This document shows positions 47,283-57,123 of a DNA stretch of 64,000 nt, in pieces. This DNA comes from Deltaproteobacteria bacterium. GTDB lineage: Bacteria; Desulfobacterota; Binatia; Binatales; Binataceae. Within the stretch, counting starts at the first letter, position 1. Every line of letters begins with the position of its first letter. The translations under genes and the position numbers were made by a program. The stretch spans positions 9,755 to 73,754 of the forward strand of contig JAJYRQ010000007.1 in the NCBI GenBank assembly GCA_021794015.1. Reading direction: 5' to 3'. Under the pieces are notes generated by a model. It was not told where the DNA came from. It did no database searches and saw only the letters and a list, made by a program, of their open reading frames with translations.

Positions 47283-47367
47283 CCTTCGGTAGTCTCGCCC
47301 GGGCGATGGGAGCATCGACGGCCTGCAAGCCGCATGCTTCCTGCGCCCGGCGCGACGGCTCCCAGCC

Positions 47368-49170
47368 GTGACGCTCAAGGCCGCGCCAAGGGGAATCGAG
47401 GCGGCCGCTTCCGAGCGGGCGCGGGATTCGACCGCCGCCGATCGGGGCGCGCAGGGAGATGACGCGTCCGCGCGGGCGCCAGGCGCAGCCGGCGCCGAGC
47501 AGCCGGCGGCCCTGGACGCCATTTTGGGAGCCAATCCGTTTGTTGCCCCCAGCCTGCGCTACGTGGTTTCGCTGTTGGGGGCGGTCGGGCAGCGGTTCCT
47601 CGCCCGTCCCGGTGAGCTGGCCTCGCGCCTGGGGCGGTTGGGGATTGAGTTGGGCGAGATCGCGGCCGGCGTGTCATCGCTCGAGCCGGCGCCCGAGGAT
47701 CGGCGGTTCGCCGACGCGGCCTTTACGGGGAATCCGTTCTACCGGCGCTTGATGCAAACCTATCTTGCCTGGCGGACCGCGGTCTACGACCTGGTAAAGG
47801 CCGATGGATCGGCGGCGGCCGGCGATTGGAAGACCGCCGAACAGTTGCAGTTTGCGGCCAAGCTCTTGGCCGAGGCGCTGGCGCCCACCAACGTCTTGAT
47901 TGGTAATCCGGCGGCGCTCAAGCGCGCCTTCGATACCGCGGGGCTGAGTCTGGCGCGCGGGTTGCGCAACTTCGTCGGCGATCTGCTGGAGAACGGCGGG
48001 ATGCCTGCGCAGGTGGACAAGCGGCCGTTTGTGGTGGGCAAGACCCTGGCCGTGAGCCGGGGTGCGGTCGTCCGGCGCAGCCCGCTGTTTGAGTTGATTC
48101 AGTATCAGCCTCTGACCGAGAAAGTGCTTGGGCGGCCGCTGGTCATCATCCCGCCTCAGATCAACAAGTTTTACATTATGGATCTGGCGCCCGGGCGCAG
48201 TTTTGTCGAGTATGCGGTGGGGCGCGGGATCCAGGTTTTCGTGGTGAGCTGGAAAAACCCCGGCCGCGCGCAGTCCGAATGCGGGCTGGACGAATACGTG
48301 GACGCCTGCAAGGAGGCGACGGCAGCGGCCTGCGCCATCACCGGCAACTCGCAGTGCAATGTGCTCGGCATCTGCGCCGGCGGAATCACGACGGCGATTC
48401 TGCTGGGCCACTTGGCGGCGCTGGGCGATGAACGGGTCAATGCCGCCACGCTTTTGGTGGCGATGCTCGATACGAAGCTGCCTTCGATGACCGGCATGTT
48501 TGCCACCAAGGAACTGGTGGCGTCGGCGGTTGAGCGCTCGCGCCGCCAGGGAGTGTTGTCGGCCGCCGAGATGGGGCGATTGTTTGCCTGGTTAAGGCCC
48601 AACGACTTGGTCTGGAATTACTGGGTGAACAACTATTTGATGGGCGAGAGGCCGGCGGCCTTTGACATTCTTTACTGGAACAATGATTCGACCAACCTGC
48701 CGGCGCGGCTTCACGCCGGGTTTATGCGGCTGTTCACCGACAATCCGCTGCAGAGGGCGGGGGCCTGGCGCGTCCTGGGCACGCCGATCGACCTGCGCGA
48801 GGTCAAGTGTGATCTTTACGTGGCCGGCGGGCAGACCGATCATATCTGCGCCTGGCGCGCGGCTTACCATGGCGCCCGGATGTTCGGCGGCAAGGTCGAA
48901 TTCGTGCTCAACTCAAGCGGCCACGTGCAAACGCTGGTGTGTCCCCCGGGCAATCCCAAGGCGCGCTACTTCACCAACGCTCGGTTGCCTGACGATCCCG
49001 ACGCATGGCTTCACGAGGCTGCCGCGCACAGCGGCAGTTGGTGGGATCATTGGCTGGCGTGGATTGGGCCGCGCTCCGGCGAGTTGCGCGAGGCACCTGG
49101 AAAGCTGGGGGGGAACGGATTTGCGCCGCTTGAGCCGGCGCCCGGCCGCTACGTGCACGAGCGCGGTTAG
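47368..49170 (+). CDS. phaC: class I poly(3-hydroxyalkanoate) synthase PhaC
   Basis: Lipase box 'GICAGG', the 'FVVSWKNPG' region and 'YWNNDSTNLP'; about 600 aa. Confidence 0.85.
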   Translation: MTLKAAPRGIEAAASERARDSTAADRGAQGDDASARAPGAAGAEQPAALDAILGANPFVAPSLRYVVSLLGAVGQRFLARPGELASRLGRLGIELGEIAAGVSSLEPAPEDRRFADAAFTGNPFYRRLMQTYLAWRTAVYDLVKADGSAAAGDWKTAEQLQFAAKLLAEALAPTNVLIGNPAALKRAFDTAGLSLARGLRNFVGDLLENGGMPAQVDKRPFVVGKTLAVSRGAVVRRSPLFELIQYQPLTEKVLGRPLVIIPPQINKFYIMDLAPGRSFVEYAVGRGIQVFVVSWKNPGRAQSECGLDEYVDACKEATAAACAITGNSQCNVLGICAGGITTAILLGHLAALGDERVNAATLLVAMLDTKLPSMTGMFATKELVASAVERSRRQGVLSAAEMGRLFAWLRPNDLVWNYWVNNYLMGERPAAFDILYWNNDSTNLPARLHAGFMRLFTDNPLQRAGAWRVLGTPIDLREVKCDLYVAGGQTDHICAWRAAYHGARMFGGKVEFVLNSSGHVQTLVCPPGNPKARYFTNARLPDDPDAWLHEAAAHSGSWWDHWLAWIGPRSGELREAPGKLGGNGFAPLEPAPGRYVHERG

Positions 49171-49231
49171 CGCCGGCGCAAGCGTGACGCGAGCGGGGAG
49201 CCCGGGGCGGCCGTGAAAAAGACGGCCGGAG

Positions 49232-49252
49232 CCGTGCAGCGCCACGGTTTTT
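49232..49252 (+). terminator. rho-independent-like terminator after phaC
   Basis: Stem CCGTG-cagcgc-CACGG followed by TTTTT. A second hairpin GGCCGT-gaaaaag-ACGGCC lies just upstream. Confidence 0.45.
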
Positions 49253-49259
49253 GACGCTC

Positions 49260-50015
49260 ATGGAGATTTTTGCCTGTATCATCGGGCGCGCGCTGCGCAG
49301 CCGCCATTTCATGTTTCACCTCTCGAACGAAGTGGGAGAGGTGGAGCTGGTCTACCCGTTTTGGGTGATAAGAGACGCAGCGTCCCGGCCGATCCTGATC
49401 GATACCGGGTTTGCCGAGCAGGTCGCTCTGCGGCGCGGGGTGGGGGCCTATGTCGATCCCGGCCGCGCGCTTGCCACGCTCGGGATTTCGCCGGCGGAGA
49501 TCGAACTGGTCGCGGTCTCGCACCTGCACTACGACCATTTCGGGATGCCGGAGCGTTATCCCAATGCGGTCTTCGCCGTGCAGCGCGAGGACCTCGACTA
49601 CTTCAATCGCCGGGGGCTCAAGCATCCGGCGCGCGCGCTGGCCGACGAAGAGAGCCTGGCCAGGCTGGCCGGTCTCGGCGCGTCCGGGCGGCTGCGCGCG
49701 CTTGACGGCGCAACCCGGCTTGCGCCCGGCATCCGGCTTGTACCGGTGGGCGGCCATACGCCCGGCATGCAAATCGTGGTCTGCGAGGCGGGCGCAAGCC
49801 GCGTCGTGCTGGCCTGCGACGCCTCGCACTTCTACGCCAACCTGGAAGAGCGCCGGCCCACGGCCATCATCCATGACTACGAGGCCTACCAGCGCGGCTT
49901 TGAGACCATCGAGCGCGAGGCGGGCGCAGGCCGGTGGTTTCCCGGCCACGATCCCGCGATCCTGCTCCGGCTCGAAGAGGTTGCGCCGGCAGTTTGGCGT
50001 GTGCCGGCGGCTTAG
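49260..50015 (+). CDS. MBL-fold metallo-hydrolase (AHL-lactonase-like)
   Basis: 'VSHLHYDHFG' (HxHxDH) and 'GGHTPGMQ...FPGHD'. ATG 49260 is preferred to the ORF-track TTG at 49251. Confidence 0.7.
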   Translation: MEIFACIIGRALRSRHFMFHLSNEVGEVELVYPFWVIRDAASRPILIDTGFAEQVALRRGVGAYVDPGRALATLGISPAEIELVAVSHLHYDHFGMPERYPNAVFAVQREDLDYFNRRGLKHPARALADEESLARLAGLGASGRLRALDGATRLAPGIRLVPVGGHTPGMQIVVCEAGASRVVLACDASHFYANLEERRPTAIIHDYEAYQRGFETIEREAGAGRWFPGHDPAILLRLEEVAPAVWRVPAA

Positions 50016-50404
50016 GCGCGCGCGGCCGGCTTAAGCCGTCCCTGTTCGCGCAGGACCTTGCGCGCGACCTGGAAGCCGCGCGCGGCAACCGGCACGCCTC
50101 CGTAGACCCCGGCCTGGAGCAGCACTTCGGCGATCTCGTCCGGGGTGACGCCGTTGTTGAGCGCGCCGCGCACGTGGATTTCAAACTCCTCCCAGCGGCC
50201 GAGCACGCTCAGCATCGCCAAATTCAGCATGCTGCGCGTTTTGCGCTCGAGACCGGGACGCACCCAGACATTGCCCCAGCAGTGCTCAATCGTGAAATCG
50301 AGGAAGTGCCGATAAAAGGAATCGACGTCGGCTTCGGCCCGGGCCGCGTATTCCGCGCCGAGCACTTCCCGGCGAATGCGAGCACCTTCTTTGATGCGAT
50401 CCAT
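50012..50404 (-). CDS. carboxymuconolactone decarboxylase family protein (PcaC-like)
   Basis: 'FLDFTIEHCWGNVWVRPGL...RSMLNLAMLSVLGRWEEFEIHVRGALNNGVTPDEIAEVLLQAGVYGGVPVA'. Confidence 0.7.
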   Translation of the reverse strand: MDRIKEGARIRREVLGAEYAARAEADVDSFYRHFLDFTIEHCWGNVWVRPGLERKTRSMLNLAMLSVLGRWEEFEIHVRGALNNGVTPDEIAEVLLQAGVYGGVPVAARGFQVARKVLREQGRLKPAARA

Positions 50405-50421
50405 TGGCGGTTCCCCTACGG

Positions 50422-51132
50422 TTAAATGCCCAGGTAAGAAGCCCGTACGGCCTCATCGCGGGCAAGTCTGGCGCTGGGTCCTTCCAGCGCAACGATGCCA
50501 TTTTCGATTACGTAGGCACGCGAGGCAAACTCAAGCGCCCGCGCCGCGCTCTGTTCGACCAGCAGGATTGCGGTCGTGCCCTGCGCGGCAATGGTGTCCA
50601 GACCCTGGTAAAGCTCCCCGATCGCGCGCGGCGCCAGACCCTGCGACGGCTCGTCCAGCATCAGCAGTCTCGGCCCCAGCATCAGGGCCCTGCCGATCGC
50701 AAGCATCTGCTGCTCGCCGCCGGAAAGCGTCTCGGACGCCTGCCGGCGGCGCTCCTTGAGCCGGGCAAAAAGCGCAAAAACCTCATCCAGCCGCCGGCGG
50801 CGCTGGGCCGAGCCCCAAGGAGCGGCATGGGCGCCCGCAAGCAGGTTGTCTTCCACGCTCATCCCGGCGAACACCTGCCGTCCTTCGGGAACGTGGGCGA
50901 TCCCGAGCGCGGGGATCAGATGCGGCGCAAGCGCCGAAAGATCGCGGCCGTCAAAATGAAGCCGCGCGCCTTGCCGGCGTACCAGGCCCGAGATCGCGCG
51001 CAGAATGGTTGTCTTGCCGGCACGGTTGGGCCCGATGATCGCCACGCGCTCGCCGGCTTGTACCGCAAGCGAAACACCGTGCAGCGCCTCGATCACCCCG
51101 TACCAGGCAAAAAGCTCCCGGATTTCAAGCAT
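50422..51132 (-). CDS. livF: branched-chain amino acid ABC transporter ATP-binding protein LivF
   Basis: 'GPNRAGKTTILRAISGL', 'LSGGEQQMLAIGRAL', 'LMLDEPSQGLAP' and C-terminal 'YLGI'. Confidence 0.85.
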   Translation of the reverse strand: MLEIRELFAWYGVIEALHGVSLAVQAGERVAIIGPNRAGKTTILRAISGLVRRQGARLHFDGRDLSALAPHLIPALGIAHVPEGRQVFAGMSVEDNLLAGAHAAPWGSAQRRRRLDEVFALFARLKERRRQASETLSGGEQQMLAIGRALMLGPRLLMLDEPSQGLAPRAIGELYQGLDTIAAQGTTAILLVEQSAARALEFASRAYVIENGIVALEGPSARLARDEAVRASYLGI

Positions 51133-51844
51133 CGCCGGCGGCTCCGCCCAGGTACGACTCAACTACGCGCGGATCGCGACTCACTGCTTCGGGGCTGCCC
51201 TCGGCAATCAACCGACCGGCGTCCAGCGCCAGCACGCGGCCGCAAAGCCGCATCAGCGCACCCAGGTTGTGCTCGATTATGGCCAGGGTGAGCCCCTGGC
51301 TGTGAAGTCGGCGCAAAAGCTCAAGCGTCACATTAACTTCGGCGGGGCCCAGGCCAGCCAGTAATTCGTCCACCAGGAGCAGCGCCGGCTCGGTACACAA
51401 TGCTCTGGCCAGCTCCAGCCGCATCCGGTCGACCAAGCCGAGATCGCTTGCCGAAAGGTACGCCGCATGGCCAAGGCCGAGCCGTTCGAGCGCGGCCATG
51501 GCGATGCTGCGGGCTTGGCGGATATTGCGGGTGCGCAAAAGGGCGCCGACCAGGGCGTTGTCGGTGACGCTCATGCCGGGGAAGATGCGCACGAGTTGCG
51601 AGGTTTTGGCCAGTCCCAGGGCGCAAACCCGATGTGCCGGCAGTCCGTCGATGCGCCTGCCGGCAAAGCTGATGGCGCCCGTGTTAGGGCGCGCCAGGCC
51701 GCAAATCAGGTTGAACAGCGTGCTTTTGCCGGCGCCGTTGGGTCCGATAAGGCCGACGATTTCACCGCGTTCGATGGTAAAGGAGACCTCGCGCAGGACG
51801 GCCAAACCGCCAAAATGCTTCGAGACCCGGGTCAATTGCAGCAT
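51125..51844 (-). CDS. livG: branched-chain amino acid ABC transporter ATP-binding protein LivG
   Basis: 'GLIGPNGAGKSTLFNLI', 'LLLVDELLAGL' and the LivG-type C-terminus 'SYLGG'. Confidence 0.85.
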   Translation of the reverse strand: MLQLTRVSKHFGGLAVLREVSFTIERGEIVGLIGPNGAGKSTLFNLICGLARPNTGAISFAGRRIDGLPAHRVCALGLAKTSQLVRIFPGMSVTDNALVGALLRTRNIRQARSIAMAALERLGLGHAAYLSASDLGLVDRMRLELARALCTEPALLLVDELLAGLGPAEVNVTLELLRRLHSQGLTLAIIEHNLGALMRLCGRVLALDAGRLIAEGSPEAVSRDPRVVESYLGGAAGDA

Positions 51845-51862
51845 CGCAAAGCGCCTGCCGGC

Positions 51863-52843
51863 TTAAGCTTGGGCGCGCGCGCCGCGCCGGCGCCGGTTAA
51901 GCAGGGCCGCCAAGCCGTCGGGTTCGACGATCACCATGGCGACCAGGATGAGACCATAGAGCACCTTGGTGATGCCCGCGCCGGCGCCCGCTTCGGAAGA
52001 AGTCATGAGTTCGCCAAGCGGCACCAGCAGCGCGGCGCCGGCCAGCGGCCCCCACCAGGTGCGTGCTCCGCCGACGATCGCGTAAAGCGCAAGCTGGATC
52101 GAAAGCGGAATTGAGAGCACCGAATCGGGATCGATGAAGCCGGTGAACTGGGCGTACACGGTGCCGGCCAGCGCGGTCAGGATCGCCCCGGCAACGAAGG
52201 CGCGCATCTTGGCGCGCCGCACGTTGACGCCGGCCAGGGCCGCGGCGATCTCGTCGTCGTAAACGGCGCGCAGCTCGTAGCCCAGCGGCCAACCGGCGAT
52301 GGCGCGCGAGAGAGCGAGCGCCGCCAGCAGCAGCAGCGCGGCGATCTCGTAGTAGTCACGCGCCCGCGCAAACTGAAGCAGCACCAGCGAATTGCGCACC
52401 AGCGGCACGGAGAGTCCCTGCGCCCCTCCGGTCAGCGGCTGATCGTACTCGACGACGATTCGCACCATCTCGGCCAGCGCCAGCGTAATCAGCGCGAAGT
52501 AATGACCGCGCAAGCGAAAGGCGACGCCGCCCAGCGCAATCGCCACCAGCGCCGCCAGCGCCGCGCCGGCCGCACCGCCCAGCCAGGGAGTTACGCCCCA
52601 GCGCGCAAACAGCAGCGTCGAAACGTAACCCCCGATACCGAACATGGTTGCCTGGCCAAGCGATACCTGGTTGGCAAAGCCGCCGATTAGCGTCCACCCG
52701 GTCGCTGCCACCGCGTAAAGCGCCGTCAGCGTCGCCACCCGCATCGCGTAGTCGGAAAGACCCAGCAGCGGAAGGCCAAGAATCGCCAGCACGCCGGCCG
52801 CTAGCGCGCCGGCGCCCCCCAAGCCCGGGCCCTCAGAGCGCAT
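51863..52843 (-). CDS. livM: branched-chain amino acid ABC transporter permease LivM
   Basis: Polytopic permease with 'GGFANQVSLGQATMFGIGGYVSTLL'. Confidence 0.85.
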   Translation of the reverse strand: MRSEGPGLGGAGALAAGVLAILGLPLLGLSDYAMRVATLTALYAVAATGWTLIGGFANQVSLGQATMFGIGGYVSTLLFARWGVTPWLGGAAGAALAALVAIALGGVAFRLRGHYFALITLALAEMVRIVVEYDQPLTGGAQGLSVPLVRNSLVLLQFARARDYYEIAALLLLAALALSRAIAGWPLGYELRAVYDDEIAAALAGVNVRRAKMRAFVAGAILTALAGTVYAQFTGFIDPDSVLSIPLSIQLALYAIVGGARTWWGPLAGAALLVPLGELMTSSEAGAGAGITKVLYGLILVAMVIVEPDGLAALLNRRRRGARAQA

Positions 52844-53699
52844 GCGCGCGGCCCAGCAGACCCGCGGGGCGAATGCTCAGCACTAAAACGAAAAGCGTGA
52901 ATACCAGCAGATTCTCCAGCACCGTCGGGAAAAAAAGCGTGGATACCGACTGGACGACGCCGACCAAAAGCGCCGCGGCTATCGCGCCGTTGACGTTGCC
53001 CAAACCGCCCAACACAACCACCGTGAACATGATTACGATGTACTGAAAGCCGACCGTGGGGAAAACGTAAGCGTAGGGTAGGATCACCGCGCCAGCCAGG
53101 CCCGCCAAACCGCAGCCCAGCGCAAAGGCAACCATCCTGACCCGCGCCACGTTGACCCCGCAAAGCGTGGCGGCCGTCGAATTGGCTGCCACGGCCCGCA
53201 TCGCGCGCCCAAAGCCGGTGCGCGTTAGAAAAAGGTGCAGCGCCGCGCTGACTGCCCCGGCCCAGCCGAAGGCCAACAGGTAAGGCACTGAAAGTCGCAC
53301 CGGGCCGAGCGCCAGCGCGCTCACCTGGTAGGGCGTCTGCACCGCGCGGAAGTCGCCGCCGAACAGCGCCAGCGCACCGTTTTGCAGCGCTACCGAGAGG
53401 CCTACCGTCAGAAAAATGTGGCCTAGCTGAGAGCCCTTGAGCACCGGCCGCACCAGCCCGGCTTCGATTGCCATGCCCAGGCCGAACAGCAGGCCAAAGG
53501 CCAGCAGCGCCGACACCAACGGATCCAGGTGAAAGCCGACAAACCCCAGGTAGGCGATATACATCCCCAGCATCAGAAACTCACCCTGGGCGAAATTAAC
53601 GATCTCCATCACGCCGAAGACGAGCGTAAGTCCCACGCTGACGAGCGCGTAAACGCCGCCAACCAAAACTCCGTTGACCAGCGCCTGCAGCAGCGCCAT
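52833..53699 (-). CDS. livH: branched-chain amino acid ABC transporter permease LivH
   Basis: 'LLQALVNGVLVGGVYALVSVGLTLVFGVMEIVNFAQGEFLMLG'. ATG at 53699. Confidence 0.85.
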   Translation of the reverse strand: MALLQALVNGVLVGGVYALVSVGLTLVFGVMEIVNFAQGEFLMLGMYIAYLGFVGFHLDPLVSALLAFGLLFGLGMAIEAGLVRPVLKGSQLGHIFLTVGLSVALQNGALALFGGDFRAVQTPYQVSALALGPVRLSVPYLLAFGWAGAVSAALHLFLTRTGFGRAMRAVAANSTAATLCGVNVARVRMVAFALGCGLAGLAGAVILPYAYVFPTVGFQYIVIMFTVVVLGGLGNVNGAIAAALLVGVVQSVSTLFFPTVLENLLVFTLFVLVLSIRPAGLLGRAHAL

Positions 53700-53701
53700 C
53701 G

Positions 53702-54928
53702 CTAACGAAGCGGCTGGCCGCGCCAGGCCAGCGCCGCCCGCGCCGCCTCCCTCGGCCAGACGGTCGCCAAGTTGCCTGCGCGCCACTGCACCATGATCGG
53801 GTAGGCGCTCTCGTTGAGGCCGCTGGCGTTGAACTTGACCCTGCCGCCGGGAAGACCGGCAAACGGCCCGCCATGCACGTCGATGGCGCTCAAGGCCGCG
53901 TGCAGCGCCGCCGGCGTAGGGCGGCGGGCGGCGTTCAGCGCCGCCGCGATCACGTAAAGGCTGATCGCATTTTCATAGGCCTCGTGCGGCGCAAAGCTGT
54001 GATAGGCCGCCTGGTAGGCGGCCTCGAACTTTCCGTAATGATCGTAGTTCGAGGTGTCGACGCTCATGATGCCTTCGGTGAGCGGCCCCAGCGCCTCGAG
54101 AAAAGCCGGGATGACGAAGCCCGCGGCCCCGGCAACGATCTGCGGCTTGGCGCGGCTTTGGGCAAGTGCCCGCACAATAAGCACCGCGTCGGTAAAGTAG
54201 GAGACTGGGAAAAGCACCTCGGGGCGGCTGGCCAGCACCTTCTGCACCAGCCCCATGGCGTCGGTCAGCCCGTGCGGATAGGCCTCGAACAGCGCCACCT
54301 CAAGCGACAGCCGCTCGGCCTGCCGCCTAAGCCCCTGCGCCTGCGAAGTGCCGTAGGCAGTGTTTTCATAGATAATCGCAATCCGCTTAAGCGGCGTGCC
54401 GGCCCGGTTCGCGATGGCCGCCGCGTAGGACACCTGCGCCGCCCCGATGACCGAGGCCTTGGGCACTACCTGAAAGGTGTAGTGGTAGCCCCGGCTGGTC
54501 AGATCGTCGGTAAAGGACATGGTGACAAACGGTACGCCGGCCCGCTCGCAAACCGACGAAGCGGTCAGGCTAAGCGCGCTGGCGTAGGCGCCGATGATCG
54601 CCACCGGATGGGCCTGTTCGATCAGCCGGGCCGTGGCGTTGGCCGCCGCCGCCGGCTCGCTGGTGCTGTCGCGCACGACAAGTTTGACCGGCGCGCCGCC
54701 CAGGCCCGCGACGCCGCCGCGCGCGTTGATCTCGCGCGCGGCAAGCTCAACCCCGGCAAGCGAGGTCTTGCCGAAGGCGGCCAGGCTGCCGGTAAGCGGC
54801 ATCACCACGCCCACCACAACGGCCGGCGCGCCGGCACTGTTTGCCGGCTGAGCGAAAACGACGGCGACAAGCAGCGCCAGCGCGCCGGTGAGAAGCGGCC
54901 CGCACCTCAGGCGTCGCAACAGTTTCAT
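53702..54928 (-). CDS. livK: branched-chain amino acid ABC transporter substrate-binding protein (LivK/LivJ-like)
   Basis: ATG at 54928 follows AGGAGGAGAA. Signal peptide, then the type-I periplasmic binding fold 'VVGVVMPLTGSLAAFGK'. Confidence 0.8.
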   Translation of the reverse strand: MKLLRRLRCGPLLTGALALLVAVVFAQPANSAGAPAVVVGVVMPLTGSLAAFGKTSLAGVELAAREINARGGVAGLGGAPVKLVVRDSTSEPAAAANATARLIEQAHPVAIIGAYASALSLTASSVCERAGVPFVTMSFTDDLTSRGYHYTFQVVPKASVIGAAQVSYAAAIANRAGTPLKRIAIIYENTAYGTSQAQGLRRQAERLSLEVALFEAYPHGLTDAMGLVQKVLASRPEVLFPVSYFTDAVLIVRALAQSRAKPQIVAGAAGFVIPAFLEALGPLTEGIMSVDTSNYDHYGKFEAAYQAAYHSFAPHEAYENAISLYVIAAALNAARRPTPAALHAALSAIDVHGGPFAGLPGGRVKFNASGLNESAYPIMVQWRAGNLATVWPREAARAALAWRGQPLR

Positions 54929-55848
54929 TTCTCCTCCTTGTCGGATGCGCAAGCGCCGGCGGGCAGCTCAAATCCGGCCCAGCGCTCGATAAGCGTTATC
55001 AGGCTGGTGAGGTCGGCCTGCGGACCCAGCGCGTCGCGGGCGTGCAAGAGATGCCCTTCGGTTGCCGCCAGCAGCGGCGCCGGCACATCGCAGGAGCGGG
55101 CGAGCCGGGCCGCGATGCCGAGGTCCTTGGCCATCAGACCGAGCGAAAAGCCGTAGTCGAAAGTGCGCGGCAACACGGCGCGGGGAATCTTCACCTCGAG
55201 GGCATGCGAGCGCGCCGTGCCGGTCTTCCACACATCGACCATCACCGCCGGGTCCAAGCCGGCCCGTGCGCCGATCACCAACGCCTCGCACGAGGCCCAG
55301 AAGGCAGCCGCCGAAAGGTAGTTGTTGAGCGCTTTCATCGCATCGCCCGCGCCCAGGGCGCCGACCTGCCGGATGGTCGCGCACATATGGGCCAGCAGCG
55401 GCCGCCAGCGCTCGAAGACCTCGCCGCTGCCGCCCACCATCGTGGTAAGCTCGCCGGTTTGTGCGCGGGAAACGCCGCCGCTTACCGGCGCATCCAGCAT
55501 CGCCACCCCGGCCCGCGCCAGTTCCTGGCCGAGTTGGCGCGTCGGCCCCGGCGCCGAGCTGGACATGTCGATCAGCACCGCGCGGCGATGCGGCCCGCTA
55601 AGCGCGCCGCGCTCGCCGAGCACGGCCTCGCGCACCTCGGCGTCGGTCGGCAGCATCGTGATCACCGCCTCGCCCGCCAGCTCGGCGGGAAAGCGCGCCA
55701 CGCTTAGCCCCTGCCGGCGAAAAGGCTCAAGCGCCTGTTCAGAAAGGTCGCACACCGCCAGGCTTAAGCCGGCAGCCAGCAGGCGGCGCGCCATGGGATT
55801 GCCCATCCGGCCAACGCCGATGAAGAGCACCTTTCCAGTTTCGCTCAT
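54925..55848 (-). CDS. NAD(P)-dependent 3-hydroxyisobutyrate-dehydrogenase-family oxidoreductase
   Basis: 'KVLFIGVGRMGNPMARRLL' Rossmann and 'GAGDAMKALNNYLSAA' in the catalytic region. Confidence 0.75.
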   Translation of the reverse strand: MSETGKVLFIGVGRMGNPMARRLLAAGLSLAVCDLSEQALEPFRRQGLSVARFPAELAGEAVITMLPTDAEVREAVLGERGALSGPHRRAVLIDMSSSAPGPTRQLGQELARAGVAMLDAPVSGGVSRAQTGELTTMVGGSGEVFERWRPLLAHMCATIRQVGALGAGDAMKALNNYLSAAAFWASCEALVIGARAGLDPAVMVDVWKTGTARSHALEVKIPRAVLPRTFDYGFSLGLMAKDLGIAARLARSCDVPAPLLAATEGHLLHARDALGPQADLTSLITLIERWAGFELPAGACASDKEEK

Positions 55849-56011
55849 AACGTCATCCTCAGATACGACACCGGCCGCAGCTTCTGCTTTGGATACAAGG
55901 GAATGCGCCAATATACAAGCCGGCGCGGCCCGGGTTGCCGGCCCCGACGCTATCGGCTAAGACTTCGGCTAGCTTACAGCCCAAGACGTTGCAACCGCAG
56001 GAGAGGAGAGC

Positions 56012-57037
56012 ATGGCACCGTTGAAGAATCGGCAGTGGCTGCTGGCGGCGCGGCCGCAGGGCATGGTCAAGGAAAGCGATTTCCGCTGGCACGAGACGAC
56101 CGTCGACGCGCCGGCCGAGGGGCAGCTATTGGTGCGCAACCTGGCGCTCTCCTTCGATCCGACGCAGCGCGGCTGGATGTCGCGCGACACTTACGTGCCG
56201 GCCGTCCCGCTCGGGCAGGTGATGCGCGCCGGGGCCGTGGCGCAGGTGGTCGAATCGCGGCTGGAGGGCTTCGCCCCCGGCGACCTGGTACAGGGCGTGT
56301 TCGGCTGGGAAGACTATACGCGGACCGACGGCCGCGGGCGCTTCGGCTTGCGCAAGCTGGCGCCGGGAACCGATCCGCTGCTGGCGCTCTCGCTGCTTGG
56401 CTTAACCGGCCTGACCGCCTACTTCGGCACGCTCGAGATCGGGCGGCCCAGGCCGGGAGAGAGCTTCGTGGTCTCAGGCGCGGCGGGCGCCACCGGCTCG
56501 GTGGCCGGCATGATTGCCAAGCTCAAGGGATGCCGGGTTGTCGGGATCGCCGGCGGGCAGGCCAAGTGCGACTGGCTTATTAGCGAAGCGGGCTTCGATC
56601 TGGCCATCGACTACAAGCGCGAGGACGTCGGCCAGGCGCTTTCGCGCCACTGCCCGGATGGAATCAACGTCTATTTCGACAATGTCGGCGGCGCCATTCT
56701 CGATCTCGCGCTGGAGCGGCTGGCGCCTGCGGCGCGGGTGGTGCTGTGCGGGGCGATTTCGCAGTACAACGAGCCGGCCGGCCCGGCGGCGCGTCCGCCG
56801 CGCAACTACTTTTACTTGATTTGGCGCGGCGCGCGGATGGAGGGTTTTCTCGTCACTCAGTTTGCCGCACGTTTTCCCGAGGCGCTGGCCGATCTTTCCG
56901 CCTGGCACAGCCAGGGCCGGCTCAAGAACAGGATCGACCTGCAGCACGGGCTGGAAAACGCCCCGCGCACCTTGATTCGGCTCTTTACCGGCGACAACTT
57001 CGGCAAGCAGCTCCTTAAGCTTGCCGACCCGCGCTAG
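56012..57037 (+). CDS. NADP-dependent oxidoreductase (MDR family, CurA/YncB-like)
   Basis: 'FVVSGAAGATGSVAGMIAKLKGCRVVGIAG' and 'INVYFDNVGG'. Confidence 0.8.
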   Translation: MAPLKNRQWLLAARPQGMVKESDFRWHETTVDAPAEGQLLVRNLALSFDPTQRGWMSRDTYVPAVPLGQVMRAGAVAQVVESRLEGFAPGDLVQGVFGWEDYTRTDGRGRFGLRKLAPGTDPLLALSLLGLTGLTAYFGTLEIGRPRPGESFVVSGAAGATGSVAGMIAKLKGCRVVGIAGGQAKCDWLISEAGFDLAIDYKREDVGQALSRHCPDGINVYFDNVGGAILDLALERLAPAARVVLCGAISQYNEPAGPAARPPRNYFYLIWRGARMEGFLVTQFAARFPEALADLSAWHSQGRLKNRIDLQHGLENAPRTLIRLFTGDNFGKQLLKLADPR

Positions 57038-57123
57038 CCGGCGCGCTTGCTTGAGAGCGCCGGCCGGATCGTCCATGCCCGCGGATCGTCGTCGCGCTGC
57101 GCGCTCGGGCCGTGCCGCCAGGG

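Noticed and set aside
57038-57123. tRNA gene as the integration target next to the integrase
   Set aside because: No cloverleaf-compatible sequence and no GTTCGAATCC-like T-arm are visible in the 86-bp gap. The att site may be the 3' end of the oxidoreductase gene, or may be elsewhere.
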